Below, one piece after another: positions 1 through 7,895 of a stretch of DNA of 13,546 nt. How positions within the stretch are numbered: position 1 is the stretch's first letter; every line of letters begins with the position of its first letter. The stretch is taken from IMG/VR virus record IMGVR_UViG_3300045988_094367, one strand, 5' to 3'. Made by a program: the position numbers and the translations under genes. The notes below the pieces were generated by a model. The model was not told where the DNA came from. It did no database searches and worked only from the letters and a program-made list of their open reading frames with translations. Source of the stretch: a virus.

Positions 1-55
1 AAATAATGGTTGCAATAAATCCAAATAACTGCTATAATGAATATATCAAATGAAA
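1..55. repeat. Left inverted terminal repeat (ITR), 55 bp
   Basis: Positions 1-55 (aaataatggttgcaataaatccaaataactgctataatgaatatatcaaatgaaa) are the exact reverse complement of 13492-13546, checked base by base. Identity breaks at 56/13491. Confidence 0.95.
10..38 (+). promoter_or_regulatory. ITR-embedded sigma-A/sigma-70-type promoter copy, reading inward on the plus strand (antisense to the tail fibre gene)
   Basis: TTGCAA (10-15), 17-nt spacer ending in TGc (30-32, extended -10), TATAAT (33-38). It is the same sequence as the right-end early promoter because it lies inside the ITR. Confidence 0.45.
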
Positions 56-70
56 CAAGGAATTGGTCAT

Positions 71-1705
71 TTAAACATCAGTTTCTGCTACTTGGTTTGT
101 TACTATTAGTACCTGTGCCCTTGGTTGCATTTCACCAATTGCAAATTTACAATTACATTTGAAATTAACATCTGTATTGCCAGTAGGACTTGAAAATGAT
201 GCACTTATGTTTATATCTCTGCTAATCAAATCATACGTACTACATAGTACTTCACCGTTGAATATGTGTCCTGATTCATAGCTTCCAGCGTTTATATAAA
301 CACGATATAGTATTGTACCATTTTCGTTTACTATATGTATTTCAGTGTTATTATCAATAGTTGCCCCACTTATAAGTTCAATATTGCACCCTATTAACTT
401 AACACTATCACGTCTTTTTATTCCATTACTTTTTATAAGAATTCCTTTACTACTTGAGTACCTACCGTTAAAATTTGATGTACTTAAATTTTCGATATAG
501 TAGTCGCCATTGTAATCATAATTTGTTTCTGCATCCGTGTTTTTCAAAAATACACTCCCACCTTTTAGGTTTGCAACTGAAATGTTTTCAATATAAACTG
601 GCACTTTGTCACTAATATATACTAAGCAGCTTTTTTCAGATTTATTATATTTAACGAAAACATTTAACATACTAAATGTTGTTATATCGTACAAACTGAT
701 TTTTTGCGATTTTGAAACATTAGCAACTCTATTTACATAATTTAATGTCCCACCATTAAGCACAAGATTTATGCTATTATCTGCATTTATTACCGTATCT
801 ATTTTTTCAACATATAAGTTGTTAATATACACACCAACACAAGAATATAGATTAAGCCCGTATTTGTGTTTTTCAAAGTCGCAGTTGTTGAAATAGATTC
901 CATAATTTTCAGAACCACCGTCACCTGTAATTCTAGCACCTGTTGACACGTTTTGTTCACCATAAAATTGGCACTCTGTATATTCAATATTATTGCACGT
1001 TCCACTTTGATTTATGCATATATTGCTGCTTTCAAACCTGCAATGATTGAACTTAGTACACCAAGCACCTCTTATAAGCACACAAGTATCAAACCCAAAC
1101 ATGTGTATATTTTCAATAAGAGAGTACCGTATTCCTGTATAAGGAGCTGTGGTTGTTCCAATAAAGTTTAATCCCATATGTTCACCTGTTGTGTCATTTA
1201 CTCTGAAATTTTTTAATATTAATTTATCAGCACTAGTATTTTCAAGTAATGTACAAAAATCAGATGAACACTCGATAATTGTGTTTTCATTACCACTTCC
1301 AATAATTGTGTTTCCACTTTTTAATTCAATAGGTTTATTTATATAGTAAATACCGCTAAATAATTCTACATATCCGAATTCGTTAATCATTTTTTGTATA
1401 TTTTTTGTATCAGTATTGCCTGTGATATCGTTACTTGGCAATACAGTTCTTGCGTGCATTTGAAGTAATATATTTAGCGTACCGTCTTTACTCATCTGGT
1501 CTAATTTTTTATTAATTTCTTCCTGCACATCCAGATTTTTAAAATAATCTTGTACATAATTTTTTAGATCGTTAACAGCATCCTGCAAGTTGTCAAAATT
1601 TTTCTGCATAGCTTTCCACTGTTCTATAATTTTGTTAAATTCATTTAAAAACCAGTCCTGATTTAATTCGTGAAAATTTGTATACGCTCCAAACTCCATG
1701 CTCAT
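71..1705 (-). CDS. Tail fibre / appendage protein with right-handed beta-helix (pectate-lyase-like) receptor-binding or depolymerase domain (phi29 gp12 position)
   Basis: 544-aa ORF, last gene of the structural block. SD AGGGGGA lies 7 nt upstream of the ATG at 1705. The N-terminus is helical (NKIIEQWKAMQKNFDNLQDAVNDLKNYV...KLDQMSKDGTL), as in Gram-positive phage fibre anchors. It is followed by NIQKMINEFGYVELFSGIYYINKPIELKSGNTIIGSG and repetitive N/G/I-rich beta-helix-like rungs. Confidence 0.7.
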   Translation of the reverse strand: MSMEFGAYTNFHELNQDWFLNEFNKIIEQWKAMQKNFDNLQDAVNDLKNYVQDYFKNLDVQEEINKKLDQMSKDGTLNILLQMHARTVLPSNDITGNTDTKNIQKMINEFGYVELFSGIYYINKPIELKSGNTIIGSGNENTIIECSSDFCTLLENTSADKLILKNFRVNDTTGEHMGLNFIGTTTAPYTGIRYSLIENIHMFGFDTCVLIRGAWCTKFNHCRFESSNICINQSGTCNNIEYTECQFYGEQNVSTGARITGDGGSENYGIYFNNCDFEKHKYGLNLYSCVGVYINNLYVEKIDTVINADNSINLVLNGGTLNYVNRVANVSKSQKISLYDITTFSMLNVFVKYNKSEKSCLVYISDKVPVYIENISVANLKGGSVFLKNTDAETNYDYNGDYYIENLSTSNFNGRYSSSKGILIKSNGIKRRDSVKLIGCNIELISGATIDNNTEIHIVNENGTILYRVYINAGSYESGHIFNGEVLCSTYDLISRDINISASFSSPTGNTDVNFKCNCKFAIGEMQPRAQVLIVTNQVAETDV

Positions 1706-1720
1706 ATCTTAATCCCCCTA

Positions 1721-2359
1721 TTAATAAACCATCAAACAAAAATTCTCAACAAAGCTCTCTGCAATGATATCATAAATATTAAACATCGCAACTTCTCTTT
1801 CACTTTGTATCATCTGCTGAGAAGTAGTAACACCAATATTTCCATGCGCTCTACCTGTCCTCTTGTGCGTCAAGTCTCGCTTGCTCGTTCCACTCTCTTT
1901 CTCCGTTGTGCTTCCTGAACCATTCGTAGTAGTATCACTATCACTGATTTCTTTTGCATGATCTGCAAGCCCAGCGTTGAAAGCAGTATTCTGCTCTGTC
2001 ACTGTTCCACTGTTCATTACTTCATTAGTAATAGTATTCTTAACATCATTGTTTCTTGAATTCGTTCCTGTCTCAGCATCCGTATCAGTCCAGTCTTCCA
2101 TACGGTCATAGTTTTCAATCGGGTTATATACCAGTAACATAGTATCATATAACTTTTTCCAGTTATATTGATGCTTCCTGCTCCACATTCCAATCCGCAT
2201 AGCAAAAAACTCAAGATTCGGATAAAGTACTTCCATTTCCCTTGACCTCAAGCATATAGTATCAATTGCAATCTGTTTATCCATCCCATCAGGAACATTA
2301 AACTCATTGAAAAGAGTATCCTTATAATTATACAGCCCTTCTACTGTCAATAGTGCCAT
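1721..2359 (-). CDS. Putative lower collar / head-tail adaptor protein (phi29 gp11 position)
   Basis: 212-aa ORF between the connector and the tail fibre. [10 protein letters not shown] lies upstream of the ATG at 2359, and the ORF overlaps the connector gene by 32 nt. Function is assigned by position only. Confidence 0.45.
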   Translation of the reverse strand: MALLTVEGLYNYKDTLFNEFNVPDGMDKQIAIDTICLRSREMEVLYPNLEFFAMRIGMWSRKHQYNWKKLYDTMLLVYNPIENYDRMEDWTDTDAETGTNSRNNDVKNTITNEVMNSGTVTEQNTAFNAGLADHAKEISDSDTTTNGSGSTTEKESGTSKRDLTHKRTGRAHGNIGVTTSQQMIQSEREVAMFNIYDIIAESFVENFCLMVY

Positions 2360-3287
2360 TCTTCACACCCCCCTTATTCTTTGAATTCGGATCATGTCTC
2401 CAGTTAACACTCACCTCAACATTAAACATTTTCCTAACATCTTCACAGCTTTTTTTCCAGCCATCGAGCCACATTTCCATTCTGGTGCTTGTCTCAACGT
2501 CATTGCTTTCTGCTTCACTGGAAATCATTCTTTCTTTCTTGTCACTTCTTGCACTGGGAATTCCGATCTCTGTGCAAAAAAGTTCTTCGAGTCTCCTGAG
2601 AGTGTCCAGAACATCACCGGCAATGTAGTTTTGCCGTAAGTTGTTCACGAAATAATCCCACGGTTCTTCCGTAGTATCTCCCCTCTGAATCCGAAGCTTT
2701 TCATCATAGAAAACTGCAAGTTCACCACGCATGACCTGATCCATTACTTTTTTAAGTGCTTCTGCACCAGCTTTGTTCCTTGCCCTGAACACATATGCAA
2801 GTTTAGAGTTCATCACATTCATGTCTAGGGATTCCATAGCGATAGCCATTTCATCCGCATACCTTCCAATCAAATCCATGATGCCGCAATAATCAGACGT
2901 ACATTTAAACAATACACACTGTTCACCGATTACGGGTTCGAGCACACCTTTAAGCAGAGGATTACTAATTACTGCTTGTGCAGGACGATAGAAAACATTG
3001 TAACCTTTAAGCGTACATCCCTGTGGAATCACACCGAATTTGTCAGTGTTAATGATCGCAACCGTCCCCCAGCAATATAGGCAATACAAAAAATAATCCT
3101 TGTCCCAATTATCCGGTACGCTCCATTTCATCACAGAAATTGCTTTCTGTAAAAGGTATCTCTGAAAGTACCAGAACAAACCAGTGTTCTTGCAATGGTT
3201 TGTACTCGGACTGATAGAACTATTGTATTGATTAATATAGTTATACATTACAGGTGCTCCTACACCAACATAATCGCATCCATACAT
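2328..3287 (-). CDS. Head-tail connector / portal (upper collar), phi29 gp10-like
   Basis: 319 aa (phi29 gp10 is about 309 aa). The C-terminal segment IGIPSARSDKKERMISSEAESNDVETS...NVEVSVNWR resembles, from memory, phi29 gp10 [28 protein letters not shown]...NVKVKFR. SD AGGAGAG lies upstream of the ATG at 3287. Confidence 0.8.
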   Translation of the reverse strand: MYGCDYVGVGAPVMYNYINQYNSSISPSTNHCKNTGLFWYFQRYLLQKAISVMKWSVPDNWDKDYFLYCLYCWGTVAIINTDKFGVIPQGCTLKGYNVFYRPAQAVISNPLLKGVLEPVIGEQCVLFKCTSDYCGIMDLIGRYADEMAIAMESLDMNVMNSKLAYVFRARNKAGAEALKKVMDQVMRGELAVFYDEKLRIQRGDTTEEPWDYFVNNLRQNYIAGDVLDTLRRLEELFCTEIGIPSARSDKKERMISSEAESNDVETSTRMEMWLDGWKKSCEDVRKMFNVEVSVNWRHDPNSKNKGGVKNGTIDSRRAV

Positions 3288-3293
3288 TATAAA

Positions 3294-4409
3294 TCACTCT
3301 CCTGTCGTAAAATATTTATACCATGCTCTAGCATATCCAGCACGCTCCTGATGTATACTAGCTGGTCTTTCATAATTAGCTTGGAATGCTAGTGCAAGAT
3401 ATCCGGCATCCTGGGTGCTGGCACTCCACTGTTTCCAACTCAACGGATAATCACCAGTACTATACCATTGGGGTTCAATTCCCCAGTTTTTAATCCCACT
3501 GCTTTGTTGGAACTCTGCAAAAATAACACTCAACTGCTTTTGACCATCATACCAATCATCGTGAGAACCATACAGGACGTCAAGAACGTGATACAAGTCT
3601 GTCGGTGGTGTCCACTGTACAAGTCCATGACCTGTTCCACCAACTTCTATCAGGTTTGGGTTGAATGTAGATTCCTGTTGAATGTTTCCGCAAAGCCCAG
3701 CTATTGAATTTACTGACCATCCTTGAGCTAAAAAGTAAGCTTTTATTGTATTCGCATTGTTGATAGCTTTAGGATTATTTCCGCACAGTTCGGCAGTTGG
3801 ATTACCAAAATATTCACTAGAACCACCAGCAATCCAGTTACCACCAGAAAATGGAAACCTGTAACAGTGAGTGTATACTAGTCCACTTTGAATTGGATAT
3901 GTGTTAATACTTACCTGATCTGCTAAAGGTCTGCCACTTTTTCCATGTGCGCCCATTGTATGACCGCCATTCTCAGTATCATGTACAATCTCCGTATGCT
4001 GATGCTGACTTGAGTTTACTACCAAAATATCACCAGTCTGGAACTCAAAAGTTGAAAAGTCGTTAATGATAATTTCTTTGAATCCAAGTTGTTTTAATGT
4101 TGATCCCATCGTATAAGTTGTAAAAGGCCATGCGCTTAAATTGATCTCAAAACCAGCATGACCTAAACCATACCATACAAATGATGAACAGTCATAATAC
4201 GTGATTCCATTAATGGTTTGTTCGTTTCTGTAATCCTGATCGTATCCAACGTTTGGATCATTACACTTTTCAATCCACCAACTCACAGCCTGAGACATTA
4301 ATCCACCAATTCCACCATAACCGCCGCTGCCCCACGGGTTCTGTCCAGCATTCGCACTTGTCATTAATGCAAGAAACAATGAAATGTTACTTGCTGGAAA
4401 ACTACGCAT
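3294..4409 (-). CDS. Two-domain peptidoglycan hydrolase: N-terminal NlpC/P60 (CHAP-like) cysteine peptidase plus C-terminal phage tail lysozyme-like domain. Likely tail-associated (phi29 gp13 role).
   Basis: Start chosen at the ATG at 4409 (MRSFPAS...) because GGAAGGTGG lies about 9 nt upstream and it overlaps the stop of the upstream gene. The track ORF extends to 4532 without an SD. The YDCSSFV Cys codon is at 4188-4190 and the HTEIV His codon at 3996-3998 (NlpC/P60-type pair). The GLCGNIQQESTFNP...GHGLVQWT Glu codon is at 3672-3674 (phage tail lysozyme-type motif). Confidence 0.75.
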   Translation of the reverse strand: MRSFPASNISLFLALMTSANAGQNPWGSGGYGGIGGLMSQAVSWWIEKCNDPNVGYDQDYRNEQTINGITYYDCSSFVWYGLGHAGFEINLSAWPFTTYTMGSTLKQLGFKEIIINDFSTFEFQTGDILVVNSSQHQHTEIVHDTENGGHTMGAHGKSGRPLADQVSINTYPIQSGLVYTHCYRFPFSGGNWIAGGSSEYFGNPTAELCGNNPKAINNANTIKAYFLAQGWSVNSIAGLCGNIQQESTFNPNLIEVGGTGHGLVQWTPPTDLYHVLDVLYGSHDDWYDGQKQLSVIFAEFQQSSGIKNWGIEPQWYSTGDYPLSWKQWSASTQDAGYLALAFQANYERPASIHQERAGYARAWYKYFTTGE

Positions 4410-5778
4410 AGTATACACCACCTTCCAAGTATTGTTTGATCTTTTCTTTTTCAGTTCTGGTTGCTCCTGATACAATGATATTTCCATTCTCAACCACATA
4501 GTATCCAGCACCGAGTTCTGACATAGTGCCATTTTTCATATATGGTCTTCCGTTGTCTGATCTGTCCTCATCAACTAATTTATAGAAAATTTCGTTGATA
4601 ACTGGTGCACTTGCAATACTAATCAGTGAACTATTCGCACCTTTTGTGTTAACATCGGGAATCGCACTCTCAACAGCATTTGCAATTCCAACCGCAGAGC
4701 CGATAAAATTTCCAGTAAAAAATGACGCAATACTTCCGATAATATCACCACCAGATTGTATCACATTTGTTCGCAAATCACTAACTTGAATGTTCACACC
4801 AACTTGTGCATACGCGGAATATAATGATATATCACCAGAGTTAACAGTTATATATCCTATTCCACTCATACAATCAACAATTTTGTTAACTGTTACGGTT
4901 GATGATGTACCAACTTTTCCCCCGTCTATCTCGAATGAACCCCACGGATTAATGATTATTCTGATGTGTCGATAGGGTGAAGAATTTAAAAAAGTTCCTC
5001 GGGATACTTGAGGATGCTGTGTTACCGGCATTGTAAAAGTTTTTCTGTAAAATGGCAGATTACTCAGTTTGTATGCATCCACTGTCACTTCCCAAAAACC
5101 GAACTTGACTGCCGTTACTTTTTTACTTCCAACATCAGCATTAAATGGAAACCACATCACACTTGTCAAATACTGGAATGGATTGAAAAGACATTTTAGT
5201 AAGCTTTCTGTGATCTGCTGACCTGAGATATTCGCCCAGTCAATTGTCGAAAAGATTTTATTGCAGAAAGAAGCAAATTTTGTGGGTGTGAATCCGTAAA
5301 AGTTAGTCAATCCATCTTCGCCAACAATACCACATACAAATGAACCTTGTGAAAGTCCATATTCACTTGCCGGAAAAGCACCATCAGTAACCAGTGTATG
5401 TGTCATATCTGGTGTTGATAATGCAGGATAGAGTGTATCCATTATATCACCGTCATAAGACGTGGACGATCTCAGGAAATACAAGTTAGTGCCTGCAATC
5501 GTATCACGGTACGATGCCAGCACATCAACAGAACAAAATGCAACCCATGTGTTATTAATATACTGCCAATCCTCTATCCAATATGATCGTTCACCAAAAT
5601 CGGGAATTGTGCAATAGTTCCAGCTAGGAACACTCCCACCATTTCTCAAAATTATCTGTGGCTTCTCAATGGTACAAGATTCATTTATGTTACAGTTAAT
5701 GGCGGTAACTGTACCGCCAACAACCGCTGTCGAATTGACTTTTTTGTCTGCTGTCTTAAAGTTTACAGTAACCGCCAT
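4402..5778 (-). CDS. Putative tail knob / distal tail tube protein (phi29 gp9 position) with a hydrophobic Gly-rich segment
   Basis: 458-aa ORF directly after the capsid gene. SD AGGGGGT lies 7 nt upstream of the ATG at 5778. The segment SGGDIIGSIASFFTGNFIGSAVGIANAVESAIP (about 4650-4760) is hydrophobic and Gly-rich. Function is assigned by gene order. Confidence 0.5.
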   Translation of the reverse strand: MAVTVNFKTADKKVNSTAVVGGTVTAINCNINESCTIEKPQIILRNGGSVPSWNYCTIPDFGERSYWIEDWQYINNTWVAFCSVDVLASYRDTIAGTNLYFLRSSTSYDGDIMDTLYPALSTPDMTHTLVTDGAFPASEYGLSQGSFVCGIVGEDGLTNFYGFTPTKFASFCNKIFSTIDWANISGQQITESLLKCLFNPFQYLTSVMWFPFNADVGSKKVTAVKFGFWEVTVDAYKLSNLPFYRKTFTMPVTQHPQVSRGTFLNSSPYRHIRIIINPWGSFEIDGGKVGTSSTVTVNKIVDCMSGIGYITVNSGDISLYSAYAQVGVNIQVSDLRTNVIQSGGDIIGSIASFFTGNFIGSAVGIANAVESAIPDVNTKGANSSLISIASAPVINEIFYKLVDEDRSDNGRPYMKNGTMSELGAGYYVVENGNIIVSGATRTEKEKIKQYLEGGVYYA

Positions 5779-5789
5779 TATAATACCCC

Positions 5790-6989
5790 CTATTCAATCA
5801 CAAATACTAGAGCATTTTCTGTCATGTCGTTCCAGTACCGATCTGTGAAATGATAGTAGATGTTCCAGTATCCACCAGCACTGTTAAATGGTGTGGTGCT
5901 GCTCCACTGTTTAATTGTAGTTAATCCCATTGCTTCCTCATCAAAAAGGACTGCAAATATATTGCTGATAACCTGTTCTTCACCCTTTTCAACTGTTCCA
6001 GCTGGTGTGAGTACGCTTGGTGTGACATTGATCTCCATTGGAGTTTCCAATGTCTGCCAGAAGTTAACTTTTTCATTGGCAGCAATCTTTAGATACTGGT
6101 CATGAAATGTATTACTTAATACGGTAGTATCCGCGGTATGTAAATCAGGACTAAACATCATGATATTCTGCATACGTAAAGGTGTATGACGTGCAATCTC
6201 TTTTCCGGTGATGTTCGCATGGAAACTGTTAGAACGCTCAGTGAAGAAATCCATGTATGTCATAATCTTCGCGCAAGCCCAACGATAAAAACTAGGGAAA
6301 TTTTCAGCTTTTCGTACATCATCTGCCGTGAGCGTTGAACCGTTCTCATCATTATACATGGTCAAAAGTTTAATCACATGTTTGCCAGTGTATCCGGTGG
6401 TTCCTTTACTGACTTCTGTCTGCCAGATGTTTTTTGCACCGATAAAGTTTGCCACGCAAGAACGTGCCATGCTTTCATGCGCCTGTTCAATCATGTCCAT
6501 TGTGTTCTGAGTGTACATAGAAACAAACTGACCGAACTCATCAGGATTACGAAAAGCCTGATCGAGCTGATCGCGAAAATAGGTTCTATGTCTCTGGAAC
6601 ACCTGACCGCCATAAAAGTTTGTCTGTAGTACTTTGCCTTTTTTGATCTTGTACATATCAACCGCTGTATCATCTGTTAAAGGCTGTCTCAGATCATCTT
6701 CCCAATCATCATCGATCATTCCAAGTTTTCGTACATGGCTGCCCCACTGCTGAGTGGTTCGTCTCAGTCCCCTAAATTTTGCAGAATATGGACGCACTGA
6801 GAAAATCGTTCGGTCAAGAACCTGAGAGATAGAATCCATGATCCTGTCATTTCCGGCAAGTAAAGCAGTCTGAGCCTGTGCTACAAAAGAACTCGTGTCT
6901 GTTGCTTTCATTGTCTCCATTCCGGTTGCCTGTTTTACAATGTCATTTAATACTGTACTGATCTGGTCAAAAGTTAATGTGTTAGCCAT
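5790..6989 (-). CDS. Major capsid protein, phi29 gp8-like (no C-terminal Ig-like extension)
   Basis: 399 aa. The C-terminal GGYWNIYYHFTDRYWNDMTENALVFV resembles, from memory, phi29 gp8 [36 protein letters not shown] is present, and a TAATG overlap couples it to the upstream scaffold-like gene. Confidence 0.8.
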   Translation of the reverse strand: MANTLTFDQISTVLNDIVKQATGMETMKATDTSSFVAQAQTALLAGNDRIMDSISQVLDRTIFSVRPYSAKFRGLRRTTQQWGSHVRKLGMIDDDWEDDLRQPLTDDTAVDMYKIKKGKVLQTNFYGGQVFQRHRTYFRDQLDQAFRNPDEFGQFVSMYTQNTMDMIEQAHESMARSCVANFIGAKNIWQTEVSKGTTGYTGKHVIKLLTMYNDENGSTLTADDVRKAENFPSFYRWACAKIMTYMDFFTERSNSFHANITGKEIARHTPLRMQNIMMFSPDLHTADTTVLSNTFHDQYLKIAANEKVNFWQTLETPMEINVTPSVLTPAGTVEKGEEQVISNIFAVLFDEEAMGLTTIKQWSSTTPFNSAGGYWNIYYHFTDRYWNDMTENALVFVIE

Positions 6990-7426
6990 TATTTATCCCC
7001 CCAATCTGTCAATCCCTCATAGTTTGGGGGATTGATTATACTTGCGATAGCATCCTCAGTGGTAACCTGTTTAGGCATCTGATTTTGCATCATGTTTACA
7101 TTGTTATTCTGTACTGACCGCGTGAGATTTTTAAGCGCATCAAGAACATCATTCTGCTGCGAATTCTGCTGTGAATTCTGGTTAATATTCTGTGGATATC
7201 CGTTTATCATCTGCTGATATGGTGGTGTCTGCATCTGCTGATATGGTGGTGTCTGCATCTGCTGATTCTGTACTGGCATCTGCTGATTCTGTACTGGCAT
7301 CTGCTGATTCTGTACTGGCATCTGCTGATTCTGTACTGGCATCTGCTGATTCTGTCCACTCATTGCAATAATATCATCTTTTGTGAATCCTGCTTGTGTT
7401 AATGTAATAATCTGTTCTATCGTCAT
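6989..7426 (-). CDS. Putative scaffolding protein with a Q/M/P-rich tandem-repeat core
   Basis: 145-aa ORF immediately upstream of, and translationally coupled to, the capsid gene (phi29 gp7 position). It contains QNQQMPV x5 and QQMQTPPY x2. SD GGAAGGA is present, with an ATGA overlap with the upstream gene. Confidence 0.5.
   Translation of the reverse strand: MTIEQIITLTQAGFTKDDIIAMSGQNQQMPVQNQQMPVQNQQMPVQNQQMPVQNQQMQTPPYQQMQTPPYQQMINGYPQNINQNSQQNSQQNDVLDALKNLTRSVQNNNVNMMQNQMPKQVTTEDAIASIINPPNYEGLTDWGDK
7208..7360. repeat. Coding tandem repeats: 2 x 24 bp (7208-7255), then 4 perfect x 21 bp (7256-7339), plus one degenerate 21-bp unit (7340-7360)
   Basis: The plus strand reads catctgctgatatggtggtgtctg twice, then catctgctgattctgtactgg four times, then catctgctgattctgtccact. 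All units are in frame within the 6989-7426 ORF. Confidence 0.95.
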
Positions 7427-7668
7427 ATCTTGTAATCCTTCCTGAGATATTTTTTATGAGAAAATCCTGTCGAAATGATTCCGTTGTGTTCGTAGGTGAC
7501 CGCATACCATTCACCGGAATAGCATCCAAGACAGATGCATTTTCCATTTTTCGGAATCTCTGCAATCACTTCACCATCCGTGTTAGGTTCTGCCCGAACC
7601 ATCAAAGGATATTGTGAGGTTTTCACAATATATACACCCCGAATATCCTTGTTATATTCGATTTTCAT
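7423..7668 (-). CDS. Stand-alone bacterial SH3 (SH3b/SH3_3) cell-wall-binding-type domain protein
   Basis: 81 aa. YIVKTSQYPLMVRAEPNTDGEVIAEIPKNGKCICLGCYSGEWYAVTYEHNGIISTGFSHKKYL fits the SH3_3 pattern (LxVR...G..v......W..V...G..G.....YL). SD AGGAGTG is present, with ATGA overlaps on both sides. Confidence 0.7.
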   Translation of the reverse strand: MKIEYNKDIRGVYIVKTSQYPLMVRAEPNTDGEVIAEIPKNGKCICLGCYSGEWYAVTYEHNGIISTGFSHKKYLRKDYKI

Positions 7669-7862
7669 TCATCATCACTCCTATTTATGTGTTCTGTCAA
7701 CTTTGTTAGAGCAACAGTATTGTTATTGAGAGCATCTGTCATTTTTGCCATTTCTTCCTTGTGTGCGTCTGTCTCTTTGAGCCATAAGTAAAAAGCTGCA
7801 ATCAGACAAGCGCAAGGTACTCCAATGTTACTAATCAGTGTTGAAATTGCGTTAACATCCAT
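7665..7862 (-). CDS. Putative holin, BhlA/UviB-like (single N-terminal TM helix plus charged helical tail)
   Basis: 65 aa. The TM-like segment ISTLISNIGVPCACLIAAFYLWL is followed by KETDAHKEEMAKM... and an acidic C-terminus. SD AAGGAGA lies 7 nt upstream of the ATG at 7862. It is the first gene after the non-coding island. Confidence 0.55.
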   Translation of the reverse strand: MDVNAISTLISNIGVPCACLIAAFYLWLKETDAHKEEMAKMTDALNNNTVALTKLTEHINRSDDE

Positions 7863-7895
7863 AGCATTTTCTCCTTATTATAAAATATTTTATTT

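Noticed and set aside
38-163. A plus-strand ORF of about 41 codons at the left end (MNISNETRNWSFKHQFLLLGLLLLVPVPLVAF...) with a TM-like stretch, apparently driven by the ITR promoter.
   Set aside because: Its ATG is the last base of the -10 hexamer plus two more (tataATG), so it lies upstream of any transcript from that promoter. It has no SD, and it is antisense to the 3' end of the tail-fibre gene. The hydrophobic stretch is probably a frame artefact.
4410-4532. A 41-codon N-terminal extension of the hydrolase ORF (track start at 4532), overlapping the tail-knob gene by 131 nt.
   Set aside because: No SD precedes 4532. The internal ATG at 4409 has GGAAGGTGG about 9 nt upstream and overlaps the upstream stop in the coupling pattern used across this genome.
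7208-7360. A regularly spaced 21-bp repeat array that could be mistaken for a CRISPR array or iterons.
   Set aside because: The units are directly abutting with no spacers, are in frame, and translate to QNQQMPV repeats inside a well-supported ORF. This is a coding tandem repeat.
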